Source: Chloroflexota bacterium (GTDB lineage Bacteria; Chloroflexota; Dehalococcoidia; Dehalococcoidales; UBA2162). From it: a DNA stretch of 64,000 bases. A program made the position numbers and the translations under genes. Under the pieces are notes generated by a model that saw nothing but the letters and a program-made list of their open reading frames with translations, made no database searches and had not been told where the DNA came from. Below, piece by piece: positions 29,790 to 38,089 of the stretch (positions within the stretch are counted from its first letter, which is position 1; the number at the start of each line of letters is the position of its first letter). The stretch covers positions 27,763 through 91,762 of the forward strand of contig JBDRLU010000033.1 of the NCBI GenBank assembly GCA_043812795.1. The letters are read 5' to 3'.

Positions 29790-30779
29790 CTATAGGACAT
29801 CGACTACGGCATCCTTCACGTAATCTTCATACTTGATGCGTGGAATCTTCATCGCCGCCTTAGCGGCCGCATCGAGCTCGGCTTTTATCTCCGCCTCGAG
29901 TTTGTTAACGTCCTTGGTGGTGAGTATTCCCATTTTCATCAATTGTTTCTGGTAGCGCGGCAGTGGGTCTTTCTTCCACCATTTCTCAATCTCGCCCTTG
30001 GGGCGGTAAACCTGCGGGTCGCCTTCCATGTGCGGACCTAAACGATAAGTTTCAGCGGCAATAAAGCTTGGCCCGCCACCCCGGCGGGCTTTGGCGATAC
30101 ACTTCTTCACCAGGTCATACATGGCAAGAATATCATTACCATCCACGGCATACGAGGGGATGCCATAACCCCTACCCCGGTCGGAGAAGTCCTTCAGGTT
30201 TTTATAGGTCTCACGTCGTGATGAAGTACCCATAGCATACTGGTTATTCTGTAAAACGAAGACCGCGGGCAAACCCCAGGCGGAGGCGACGACCATCGCC
30301 TCATGAACCGGTCCCCGGCTGGCGGCACCATCGCCGACCATAATGATAGATACCTGGTCGGTATGTCTCATCTGAGCGGAGAGGGCCGCCCCCAAATAGA
30401 TGGGGATATCTTCGCCGAGGGTATGGCTCCGGCCGAGATTGCCATATTCGGGGTGGATATAATAATAAGTGCCATGGCCGCCGGCTTTTGGCACATCACG
30501 GTACATTTCGCAGGCGATGATATCCCTGAAGGACAGGCCTTTGGCAAAAAGGGTCAACATCACTCTGGTCCGTATCAGCAGGTAGTCATCCTTTCTCAGG
30601 TTGGCCATGATCGCCAGAGATATTGCCTCTTCGCCTCTCCCCGGGTGGACGCTAAACATGCCCTCCTTCTCAATGGCGGCCAAGTCATGCATTTTATCAG
30701 CGAGGCGCCGGGCAGTGAGTAGGTTCCGATACAATTCTAACAACGTTTTCTTCGGGATATTAGTCGTAGCTGCTTCCAT
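29790..30779 (-). CDS. 2-oxoacid dehydrogenase E1 component, alpha subunit (TPP-binding)
   Basis: 329 aa with the TPP motif GDGAASRGPVHEAMVVASAWGLPAVFVLQNNQYAMGT. Confidence 0.85.
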   Translation of the reverse strand: MEAATTNIPKKTLLELYRNLLTARRLADKMHDLAAIEKEGMFSVHPGRGEEAISLAIMANLRKDDYLLIRTRVMLTLFAKGLSFRDIIACEMYRDVPKAGGHGTYYYIHPEYGNLGRSHTLGEDIPIYLGAALSAQMRHTDQVSIIMVGDGAASRGPVHEAMVVASAWGLPAVFVLQNNQYAMGTSSRRETYKNLKDFSDRGRGYGIPSYAVDGNDILAMYDLVKKCIAKARRGGGPSFIAAETYRLGPHMEGDPQVYRPKGEIEKWWKKDPLPRYQKQLMKMGILTTKDVNKLEAEIKAELDAAAKAAMKIPRIKYEDYVKDAVVDVL

Positions 30780-30845
30780 TTTCCCCTCCTTTTATTTTAA
30801 TGGTTATGCTTTTAGCCCGTCTAATAATTGCTTAAGAAAAAATAA

Positions 30846-30889
30846 AAAGAGGCATTGGAATTTTATGAGAAAGATTCCAATGCCTCTTT
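30846..30889 (-). terminator. strong intrinsic terminator located inside the 5' leader of the E1-alpha gene
   Basis: The 16-bp stem is AAAGAGGCATTGGAAT / ATTCCAATGCCTCTTT. On the minus strand it is followed by TTATTTTTTC. It lies downstream of the promoter at 30943-30971 and upstream of the E1-alpha RBS. Confidence 0.7.
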
Positions 30890-30892
30890 CAT
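30863..30892 (-). promoter_or_regulatory. leader mini-ORF (MKEALESFS*) overlapping the terminator 5' arm
   Basis: The ATG at 30892 is preceded by GGGAGACGAACGG (SD plus an 8-nt spacer). The ORF covers the left arm and loop of the hairpin. Confidence 0.3.
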
Positions 30893-30942
30893 CCGTTCGT
30901 CTCCCTAAGCCTGCATTAAAAATAATTGGCAATAACAGCACT

Positions 30943-30971
30943 GTTATACTCGAACCGCAGAGTCTTGTCAA
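30943..30971 (-). promoter_or_regulatory. consensus sigma70-type promoter (TTGACA-17-TATAAC), copy A of a 32-nt repeat
   Basis: On the minus strand: TTGACA (30971-30966), a 17-nt spacer AGACTCTGCGGTTCGAG, then TATAAC (30948-30943). Positions 30942-30973 match 34123-34154 at 30 of 32. Confidence 0.55.
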
Positions 30972-31013
30972 TAGTTTCGCTAAACCGGGTACCGACGAAA
31001 CAGACCGTACCTT

Positions 31014-32000
31014 TTATACTTTTAGCTTCATTTCCCCGTTTTCGATGACGGTAACGTCATCCAGCTTAACATTTCCGCCCGTCATCAGAACATCCTGGTG
31101 AATCGTACTGAGTGTCTGGCCACCAATGTCATTATTCCGGCCACAGGCAATGTGATAAGTTCCGATGGTAGCGTAATCGGAGGCGTAAGTACCCCGTAGT
31201 ATCTGGGACAGAATATGGTTTATCCCCAGACCTAATTCAGCGGCACAGTTGTTGGCATTTTGGTCAAGCGAAAGCGATTTTTTGAATCTCTCTGCCTGCT
31301 CAGCCATGTCAGACCGGATTGATTCGAGTTGTACTCTTCCCTTCTTCACTTCGAAACGAATTGGTTTTCGCAAGAGGTATCCCCAGCCTCTGACGGAAGC
31401 ATCAGCCACCACCACTCCCTCGGTGCTGCCTTCTACCGGCGCAATAGCAGCCTCACCATAGTCGGGCACGATGCCACCCGATAACGGATGGATAGCAATA
31501 GCCTTTCTATCCTTCAGACTCATGGTAACATCAGTCCCGTAAGGAGTGGTTATCCTGGCTGTGTTGGCTTTAGTCATCATCTCCGCCAGTTTTTCGCCCC
31601 GTTTCTTGACAATCTCGAGGGCTTCGAAAGAAATCGGGTCTTTTGAATAATAGTCGGTAGCTTCGGTCGGTATCATGTAACGCCTGGTCCCGGCGGCCCG
31701 TGCTTCTCTTACCGCAGTGGTGTGGCCCAAGAAAGAAGCTCTCTCACTGATTTCCAGGACGATATTAGAGGCCTTAATCGCCGCGATAATATTTGGTGGG
31801 GGTTCCTGCCCGATATGGTCGGAAGGTTCCATCGTGGCGACCATCGTCTGTGCTCCCATCGAGCGGCATAGCTCATCAAGAACAAAGGCAATAGACCTGG
31901 AACGGGCGAAGGGATGGGTGGCAATTAGAATATTCTGTCCGGGTTGGATTTTGATAATTTTTTCTAGGATTATCTTGAGGTTTTCTCTTGTGTCAGCCAT
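31014..32000 (-). CDS. M29 aminopeptidase-like / NicX-like metalloenzyme (tentative)
   Basis: 328 aa. The C-terminal ...YHIACGRNNDIGG...IHQDVLM resembles the HIAxG...H.D pattern of aminopeptidase T/S-type proteins. The assignment is by eye only. Confidence 0.45.
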   Translation of the reverse strand: MADTRENLKIILEKIIKIQPGQNILIATHPFARSRSIAFVLDELCRSMGAQTMVATMEPSDHIGQEPPPNIIAAIKASNIVLEISERASFLGHTTAVREARAAGTRRYMIPTEATDYYSKDPISFEALEIVKKRGEKLAEMMTKANTARITTPYGTDVTMSLKDRKAIAIHPLSGGIVPDYGEAAIAPVEGSTEGVVVADASVRGWGYLLRKPIRFEVKKGRVQLESIRSDMAEQAERFKKSLSLDQNANNCAAELGLGINHILSQILRGTYASDYATIGTYHIACGRNNDIGGQTLSTIHQDVLMTGGNVKLDDVTVIENGEMKLKV

Positions 32001-32107
32001 ACGTTCTCTCCTTTAAACTTCAAATGAATTACACGGAACTCTTATCGGGGATGAGGGGCAGGAAGAAGTTGCTCCTACCCCTCAATTTCCTGTTTGCATC
32101 CTGGTGT

Positions 32108-33964
32108 CTAGTAACCCATGGACTTTTTCAGGTCCTGGTCAATCCAGACAAATTTGGTAAAATCATCCAGATGGTGATGCTGCATCAATCTCTCACCGTG
32201 GAAACCTTTCAGCCATGGCCACCACATGTCATAGTTCATTGGTAAAGGTAGGATTATTTCCCAAGCTTGCTCAAGGGCTCTCAGGGACGCTTCCTTGAGG
32301 TAAGAGTACCGCAGGTCTGTGTTGGCAATGGTCTCATAGTCGAACAGTTTGTTATAGAGCTCATCCATCTTGGCGTCATTTATCCGGCTGTAGTTACCTG
32401 AGGCAACCGACCGGTGGGAGCCGAGCCGTCCTGAAGCCGAGTTCTTACTGCCGAGATACATCTCATTAAAGGTAAAGCCGCGCCCAAGTGATGTATAGAC
32501 GCCCTGTTCCTTGGGGTCTATCTTGAGGGTGACTCCTACTTTAGACCAGTAGTCCGCCACGACGGACAGGAGGTCCACATCGGCTTTGGTACACACTATT
32601 TCGGTAGCGAAACCGTTGGGGTAGCCCGCATCAGCCAGATACTGCTTGGCCTTGTCCGGTTTATAGCTGAAAAGTTCTTTGATATTTTCCGGTAGTTGGT
32701 CCACCGGTACGTTGGACTTCGGGAATACAGGCGAGGCTGGCCACCAGTTCAGTATCGCTTCACCGCCATAGAGGTTCTTGACGATGTTATCGAAGTCGAT
32801 GGCCATCTGCAGTCCCTGGCGAACCTTAATGTCTTTAAAAGGTAGCTCAGTCTTATCTATTCTCCCACAAATCATCTTCCCGCTGGTCTGCTGCGAGGTC
32901 ATGTACTGCAATACGGGCACCTGTGCTGTTAGTTCGTCCGCATCGTCTTTAGTAAGGTCATCCAGGTGGTCCACCTTACCGGTGCGGAAGGCCGCTTGCT
33001 GGGTAGACCTATCCAGGATAATCAACCACTTATAGCCATCTATGTAGGGGAGCTGATTTTCCGGAAAAAGAGGGTCCTTCGCCCAGTAGTTAGGGTTGCG
33101 AACATAAGTATATGAGCTTGAGGGAACGACGTCCACCAGCATGAACGGCCCGCTACCCACAACGTTCCTCCAGTCACTCATATTACCATATTTCTCCACC
33201 ACTTCTCGCGGTATCGTCCCGAAGAATTGCAATATGCCCTCCAAAGCGGCGGCTGTCTTCGTTCTTGAATCATTATCGCCCTTGACCACGACCGTGTACT
33301 TATCAGTGGCTTCCACCGAAACGAACCAGCCGGGGAGGCTTTGGTAGATGCCCCAGGAGGTGGGAGTGGTAAAACCACGGTTGATATTCCAGGCAACGTC
33401 CTCGGCTGTCACCTCCCGGCCGTTAACGAGCCGGCTTGCTTCGCTCTTTGGATTTAGATAGAAATGCACCCCCTTGCGGACATGAATAACAATAGTATCT
33501 TCATCAGGACATTCCCAGGCTTCAGCCAACAGACCGGTACGGTCTGGACCGAGAAAATGGCCGTTTTGGCGGATGAGGAATTCATTCGTACCTAGCGGAC
33601 CCCTCGTCCAGTCCACGGTTATCAGCTCCTCAGTGCAGGCGTTGGAACCGCGGGTACCGGAAATCGTGTTTATCGCATCATCAAAGCCGATTGGCTCGGT
33701 TGTGATGAGGCCCTGATACGACCCGCCGTACCTCGGCTTTTCCAGGGTCTTTACCACGGGCGTCCCATCGAGCTTGGTAAGTTTAACAGTCCCCATTTCT
33801 GTACTAGGTGATATTGGCGTTGTAGGTGTTGTCGGGGTTGTTGGTGTGGTGGGCGTCGTGGGGGTTGTTGGCGTGGTTGGGGTAGCAGCCGGAGCACAGG
33901 AAATTACTAGTAGGGTAGCCAAAATCAGGCAGCTGACAAGCAACCAGGCAATCCTTCTTTTCAT
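32108..33964 (-). CDS. ABC-transporter substrate-binding lipoprotein, family 5 (peptide/nickel type)
   Basis: The signal peptide plus lipobox is MKRRIAWLLVSCLILATLLVISC, followed by a (PTT)7 linker and an SBP_bac_5-like body. ATG 33964 follows GGAGGGAGGG. Confidence 0.85.
   Translation of the reverse strand: MKRRIAWLLVSCLILATLLVISCAPAATPTTPTTPTTPTTPTTPTTPTTPISPSTEMGTVKLTKLDGTPVVKTLEKPRYGGSYQGLITTEPIGFDDAINTISGTRGSNACTEELITVDWTRGPLGTNEFLIRQNGHFLGPDRTGLLAEAWECPDEDTIVIHVRKGVHFYLNPKSEASRLVNGREVTAEDVAWNINRGFTTPTSWGIYQSLPGWFVSVEATDKYTVVVKGDNDSRTKTAAALEGILQFFGTIPREVVEKYGNMSDWRNVVGSGPFMLVDVVPSSSYTYVRNPNYWAKDPLFPENQLPYIDGYKWLIILDRSTQQAAFRTGKVDHLDDLTKDDADELTAQVPVLQYMTSQQTSGKMICGRIDKTELPFKDIKVRQGLQMAIDFDNIVKNLYGGEAILNWWPASPVFPKSNVPVDQLPENIKELFSYKPDKAKQYLADAGYPNGFATEIVCTKADVDLLSVVADYWSKVGVTLKIDPKEQGVYTSLGRGFTFNEMYLGSKNSASGRLGSHRSVASGNYSRINDAKMDELYNKLFDYETIANTDLRYSYLKEASLRALEQAWEIILPLPMNYDMWWPWLKGFHGERLMQHHHLDDFTKFVWIDQDLKKSMGY
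33815..33883. repeat. coding low-complexity repeat encoding TPTTPTTPTTPTTPTTPTTPTTP linker
   Basis: The 9-nt periodicity uses varied synonymous codons. It lies inside the SBP gene, just after the lipobox. Confidence 0.8.
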
Positions 33965-34025
33965 CTTCCCTCCCTCCTGTTTTAATATATAATGCAGCCC
34001 AGTTAGTACAATTTTCACAATAAAA

Positions 34026-34047
34026 AAGGAGGCATAATAGCCTCCTT
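34026..34047 (-). terminator. intrinsic terminator inside the 5' leader of the SBP gene
   Basis: On the minus strand: AAGGAGGC-TATTAT-GCCTCCTT followed by TTTTTATTG. It lies between the promoter at 34124-34152 and the SBP RBS. Confidence 0.6.
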
Positions 34048-34072
34048 AAGTAGACTTCTGTTCCCTCCCCAT
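34046..34072 (-). promoter_or_regulatory. leader mini-ORF (MGREQKST*) ending at the base of the terminator
   Basis: The ATG at 34072 is preceded by GGGAGGCGAATAA. The TAA stop overlaps the first nucleotides of the hairpin 5' arm. Confidence 0.3.
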
Positions 34073-34123
34073 TTATTCGCCTCCCAGCTTGGTTTTTAAG
34101 AAAATTGTATAACGGCTGCAATT

Positions 34124-34152
34124 GTTATACTCGAACCGCAGAGCATTGTCAA
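34124..34152 (-). promoter_or_regulatory. consensus sigma70-type promoter (TTGACA-17-TATAAC), copy B of the 32-nt repeat
   Basis: On the minus strand: TTGACA (34152-34147), a 17-nt spacer ATGCTCTGCGGTTCGAG, then TATAAC (34129-34124). Confidence 0.55.
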
Positions 34153-34176
34153 TACTTAATTAAGTGTTCCGGGCTG

Positions 34177-34857
34177 TTATATGCCGAGTTCCTCTCCGCA
34201 GATGATGACGGTTATTCTATCCTTTTGCCGTTGCTGCTCGATAATAGTGACAAGTTTGCAGGCCCGTTGCGTCGTATGGCAGTCAACGCAATAGCCGACC
34301 TTGGTGCAGGGGAAGGTATGGTCGCGCCGTTTGCCATGGACAGGCGTGACATAGTTTTGAATCCGGTACATGGCAGCTTCCTGGTCGGGGACGATTTTGT
34401 TGATGCCGGCGATAATGATTACTTTTTTGGGGCCATATAATAGAGCGGCGACACGGTTGCCCTGCCCGTCGATATTGACCAGTTTGCCGTCCATGGTCAG
34501 AGCATTGGTGCTCGATAAGAAAACGTCGGCGAGGAGGCTCTCATTTCTGAGTCTCTCCACATCATCATCAGTGAGGTTGGGGACGCGGCGGTCGATGAAC
34601 CGGTACTCTTTCTTCCGTTTCCGCAGGGTATCGAGCAGCCCCATTTCTTCAAGGGTCAGTGAGCCGCCATGTGCCACCTTACACCCTTTCGGTATCAGGC
34701 TGAGTGCTTTCTTCAGGGCTGCTTCCCTGGTCTTGACGTAGCAGGCGGTCATGTTATTCTTTTCGAGCGACTTTATCACGCGGGCGGCGAGCGTTTCTTT
34801 GTACCATTCTTTAGCCGCAGCAGCTTTCTGAAATTCGTTCATTCTTAGTTGTGACAT
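34177..34857 (-). CDS. LUD-domain (LutC/YkgG-like, DUF162) protein
   Basis: 226 aa. The pattern ...VFLSSTNALTMDGKLVNIDGQGNRVAALLYGPKKVIIIAGINKIV... is typical of LUD-domain proteins. There is also a C-terminal Cys cluster, CTKVGYCVDC. Confidence 0.6.
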   Translation of the reverse strand: MSQLRMNEFQKAAAAKEWYKETLAARVIKSLEKNNMTACYVKTREAALKKALSLIPKGCKVAHGGSLTLEEMGLLDTLRKRKKEYRFIDRRVPNLTDDDVERLRNESLLADVFLSSTNALTMDGKLVNIDGQGNRVAALLYGPKKVIIIAGINKIVPDQEAAMYRIQNYVTPVHGKRRDHTFPCTKVGYCVDCHTTQRACKLVTIIEQQRQKDRITVIICGEELGI

Positions 34858-35020
34858 TTTTCTCCCCTTCTAAAATAAAATAGTCGTTAATTGATGCCAT
34901 ATTGAGCGGCTACCTGTAGTTAGAATAGACCCATCTTCATCATCCTCCACGGCAAAAAGTGTTGCTGTTATACTAGCAGGGCTTTGCCCCTCTTTACTTC
35001 CGATTCGAGCGGGATACTTG

Positions 35021-35944
35021 TTATCTGCGGTTGAGTGCCCAGGGGGTAGGCCCCGCCTTCATTACCTCCCCGGGTAGTTGCCTGCCCAGCAGGTTTTGCA
35101 CCATTTTCTCACATTCAATCAGTTTTTCCAAGTCTATCCCGGTAGCGATGCCCATAGCTTCCATCATATTGACGGTATCGGCGGAGGCGATGTTGCCGGT
35201 CGCTCCCGGGGCAAAGGGACAGCCGCCCAGGCCGGCAATGGAGCTATCGAAAATGGTGGCGCCGGCGAGCAGGGCGGCCAGCGTATTAGCCAGGCCCGCC
35301 CCGCGGGTATCATGAAAATGGAGGCGCAGTTTGGTGTTAGACCCCTGGAACTTTTGTAGATAGTCGCGCACCATTTCGCTTACCTGGGACGGGTTGGCCA
35401 TGCCGGTAGTATCGGCGAGCGATAATTCGTGTACCCCCATATTAAGGAACTGGCCGGTGATAGCCTGCACTTTTTGCGGGGGCACCCATCCCTCGATAGG
35501 ACAGCCGAAGGCGGTGGAGATAGCGGCGGTAACCGTCAAATGACCGTTTAGCGCCAGCTTAGCCGCTTCCGCCAGCGTCTTCATCGACTCAGCGACTGTC
35601 ATATTGACATTGCGCTGGTTGTGGCTCTCGCTGGCCGAAACAACCATCCCGATGTGTTTCACCCCGGCCTGGATAGCCCGCTCGACGCCTCGGGCGTTGG
35701 GGACGAGGGCTTCATAGATGACACCCTCTTTTTTCTGGATGCCGGCCATAACTTCGGCGGCATCGGCCAGCTGGGGGATAGCTCTGGGGTGGACGAATGA
35801 AGTAGCCTCTATTCTCTTGATGCCGGTCTCGGAGAGGCGGTCGATAATCTTGATTTTCTGGTCGGTTGGAATGAAACCCGATTCCATCTGGAAGCCATCC
35901 CGCGGCCCGACCTCGACAATAGTTACCTGTTTGGACAAAATCAT
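35021..35944 (-). CDS. hydroxymethylglutaryl-CoA lyase (HMGL-like family)
   Basis: It has VTIVEVGPRDGFQ at the N-terminus and the HFHDTRG metal site. Confidence 0.85.
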   Translation of the reverse strand: MILSKQVTIVEVGPRDGFQMESGFIPTDQKIKIIDRLSETGIKRIEATSFVHPRAIPQLADAAEVMAGIQKKEGVIYEALVPNARGVERAIQAGVKHIGMVVSASESHNQRNVNMTVAESMKTLAEAAKLALNGHLTVTAAISTAFGCPIEGWVPPQKVQAITGQFLNMGVHELSLADTTGMANPSQVSEMVRDYLQKFQGSNTKLRLHFHDTRGAGLANTLAALLAGATIFDSSIAGLGGCPFAPGATGNIASADTVNMMEAMGIATGIDLEKLIECEKMVQNLLGRQLPGEVMKAGPTPWALNRR

Positions 35945-35956
35945 AGGCTGTCTCCT

Positions 35957-37879
35957 TTAGCCAACCCCGGCAATTAGCCTCTCTACTTTAGTAACGTCCA
36001 GGGCGTTAATGTTACCATCCTGGTTAGCATCAGCCCCCGGCGTCGGGTCATCCAGATGGACGATAATCCGCTCTGTTTTGGTGATGTCCGTAGCGTCAAT
36101 CCGGCCATCGCCGTTGGCGTCACCGAGTAGGAGCCCTGATGAAGTAGTGAAACTTTTGTCTTCTCCGTAGCCGGTCATGTTGTCACCTGTTGCCTTAGCC
36201 CGGAAATGGTAGGTCGTGTTGTTAGACAGTCCGGTCAAGTTGGCGCTGAATAATCCGACATCGTTTATGGGCATTGGTGCCGTCTCATCGGTGTAATTTC
36301 CGGAGTTTAGCCCCCAATCAAAGGAGACCATGATACTGGCCGCCGCACCAAAGCTGTCAAGCGTACCGTTGAGTACGGCTGAACTACCGTTAACGTTGGT
36401 AGCATTATCGGTGGTAACGGTTGGCGCTACCGTTGCCTCTCCACCCAGCGAACCGTCACCGGAGACCCGCTGGGCATAAATGTCATTATCGGTACCGCTG
36501 CGAAAATCTGACCAAATGATGACAGCGCCGCTTGAGATGACAGAGCAAATCTGCGGTACGCTCTGGTGGTTACCGGCGGTGGAGATGGCCGTCCCGTTGT
36601 CCGTCCACTGGGTGAGACCGGCTGCGTTAACTCTTTGGGCAAAGATATCATAATAGCCGCTACGAGCATCTGACCATGTAATTATCGCCCCGCCTGCGCC
36701 ATCGGGACAAAGCTGGGAACCGGTCTGCCGGTTGGTGAGTGAACTGATGGCCGTCCCATTGTCCGTCCATTGTGCCACACCAGCGGCGTTCACTCGCTGG
36801 GCATAAATGTCTTCGAGGGTGCCGTTCCGGTCGTCGTCCCAAGAGATAATAGCCCCACCCGAGCCGTCAGGGCAGAGCTGAGGGGCAGCCTGATAATCGC
36901 CGGTATTGCAAACGGCGGTGCCGTTATCCGTCCACTGCGGCGTACCCGCCGTGCTTACCCGCTGCGCATAAATATCAAAGTTGGTTTCCTGGCGATTGTC
37001 TACCCAAGTGATAATAGCTCCTCCGGAACCGTCGGAGCATATTTGGAGATAAGCTTGATTATTGCCAGCCCGGCAAACGGGCGTGCCATTATCGGTCCAC
37101 TGCGGCACACCAGTGGCATTTACTCTCTGGGTGTAAACATCGGTGCTGAGAACAGGGCGCATATCCTCCCATGCGATAACCGCTCCGCCGGAACCATCGG
37201 AACAAATTACGGGCCTTGACTGTCCTTCACTGGCGCTGGATACGGCTATACCATCAGCCGTCCATTGTGGCGCACCTGCTGAGTTTACTCTCTGGGCATA
37301 AATATCCGTGTTGGCACCATTACGCGAGTCGTCCCAGGCAATGATAGCCCCTCCGGAACCGTCAGGGCACAATTGCGGGTATTCCTGCTTGTTCGTCGCC
37401 GTGCAGACGGCGGTGCCGTTATCGGTCCACTGTGGTATGCCGGCAGCATTGAGCCTCTGGGCATAAATATCGTAGTTGCCGTTGCGCAAGTCCTGCCAGA
37501 CGATGATAGCCCCACCGGAACTGTCAGGACAAAGTTGAGGGTAATCCTGTTTGTTAGTGGCCGTGCAGATGGCGGTGCCATTATTCGCCCACAGGGGCAC
37601 GCCGCCGGCGCTTATTCTCTGTGCATAAATATCATAGTCGACGCGGCGGTCGTCCCGCCAGACGATGATAGCTCCACCGGCGCCGTCCGAGCAGATTTGG
37701 GCTGGTTCCTGGGTGCCATTAGTAGTGCACACAGGCACATTGACCGTCGGGTCACCGGGCCAGGCTCGGAGACTGTCAGGATATACGTCTCCTTCCACAG
37801 CTACTTCCGGTAGCGCCGCTCCCCACAGTGGCAGGGTAAGTATTACCACCATGACTGCATGCCACAGTTTAATCTTCAT
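35957..37879 (-). CDS. secreted repeat protein: about 8 tandem 54-55-aa repeats + FN3-like domain + C-terminal type-I dockerin
   Basis: A signal peptide is present. The repeats have the form DIYAQRVNAAGxPQWTDNGTAVC....QxxPQLCPDGSGGAIIxW.D.R. The C-terminus, GDANGDGRIDATDIT...DANQDGNINALDVT, is a duplicated Ca-binding dockerin motif. Confidence 0.75.
   Translation of the reverse strand: MKIKLWHAVMVVILTLPLWGAALPEVAVEGDVYPDSLRAWPGDPTVNVPVCTTNGTQEPAQICSDGAGGAIIVWRDDRRVDYDIYAQRISAGGVPLWANNGTAICTATNKQDYPQLCPDSSGGAIIVWQDLRNGNYDIYAQRLNAAGIPQWTDNGTAVCTATNKQEYPQLCPDGSGGAIIAWDDSRNGANTDIYAQRVNSAGAPQWTADGIAVSSASEGQSRPVICSDGSGGAVIAWEDMRPVLSTDVYTQRVNATGVPQWTDNGTPVCRAGNNQAYLQICSDGSGGAIITWVDNRQETNFDIYAQRVSTAGTPQWTDNGTAVCNTGDYQAAPQLCPDGSGGAIISWDDDRNGTLEDIYAQRVNAAGVAQWTDNGTAISSLTNRQTGSQLCPDGAGGAIITWSDARSGYYDIFAQRVNAAGLTQWTDNGTAISTAGNHQSVPQICSVISSGAVIIWSDFRSGTDNDIYAQRVSGDGSLGGEATVAPTVTTDNATNVNGSSAVLNGTLDSFGAAASIMVSFDWGLNSGNYTDETAPMPINDVGLFSANLTGLSNNTTYHFRAKATGDNMTGYGEDKSFTTSSGLLLGDANGDGRIDATDITKTERIIVHLDDPTPGADANQDGNINALDVTKVERLIAGVG
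36452..37750. repeat. coding tandem repeats (period 162-165 nt, about 8 copies) within the dockerin protein gene
   Basis: Repeat boundaries were counted from the translated protein (aa 44-476). The copies are diverged, at roughly 50-70% aa identity by eye. Confidence 0.75.
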
Positions 37880-38010
37880 TGCTTGCCTCTAGGACCATAC
37901 AAAAAAGAAGAGGGACTATGTAAATTGCATAGTCCCTCTTTGATAACGTTTGACCCCCGGGTGACAACCCTTTTCGTGGCGGACGAGGGAGGGATAATTT
38001 TATGGTTCAT
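37876..38010 (-). promoter_or_regulatory. 44-codon upstream ORF spanning the leader terminator and ending in ATGA overlap with the dockerin-protein start
   Basis: I translated it by hand: MNHKIIPPSSATKRVVTRGSNVIKEGLCNLHSPSSFLYGPRGKQ*, with no internal stop. It is preceded by AAGAGGTGGGGGCGTAA. Its TGA (37878-37876) overlaps the main ATG (37879-37877). Confidence 0.3.
37908..37940 (-). terminator. intrinsic terminator in the 5' leader of the dockerin-protein gene
   Basis: A perfect 13-bp stem, AAGAGGGACTATG / CATAGTCCCTCTT, with a 7-nt loop. On the minus strand it is followed by CTTTTTTG, about 20 nt before the RBS. No upstream same-strand gene exists for it to terminate. Confidence 0.65.
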
Positions 38011-38089
38011 TTACGCCCCCACCTCTTTTACACCAGGTGCGGGAAAGTGCCCGCTCGGCCTTTCAGCCGTTATTAGTTGAGACGCTTTC

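Noticed and set aside
33774-33992. ORF encoding GVVGVVGVVGVV..., and the 9-nt DNA periodicity considered as a possible tandem repeat or CRISPR-like array.
   Set aside because: It is the antisense of the (PTT)7 linker of the SBP lipoprotein. There are no spacers, and it lies within a coding sequence.
36452-37750. The repeats of about 165 nt, considered as a CRISPR array or satellite.
   Set aside because: The repeats are contiguous with no unique spacers. They are in-frame and diverged at synonymous and non-synonymous sites, and they encode a coherent protein repeat.
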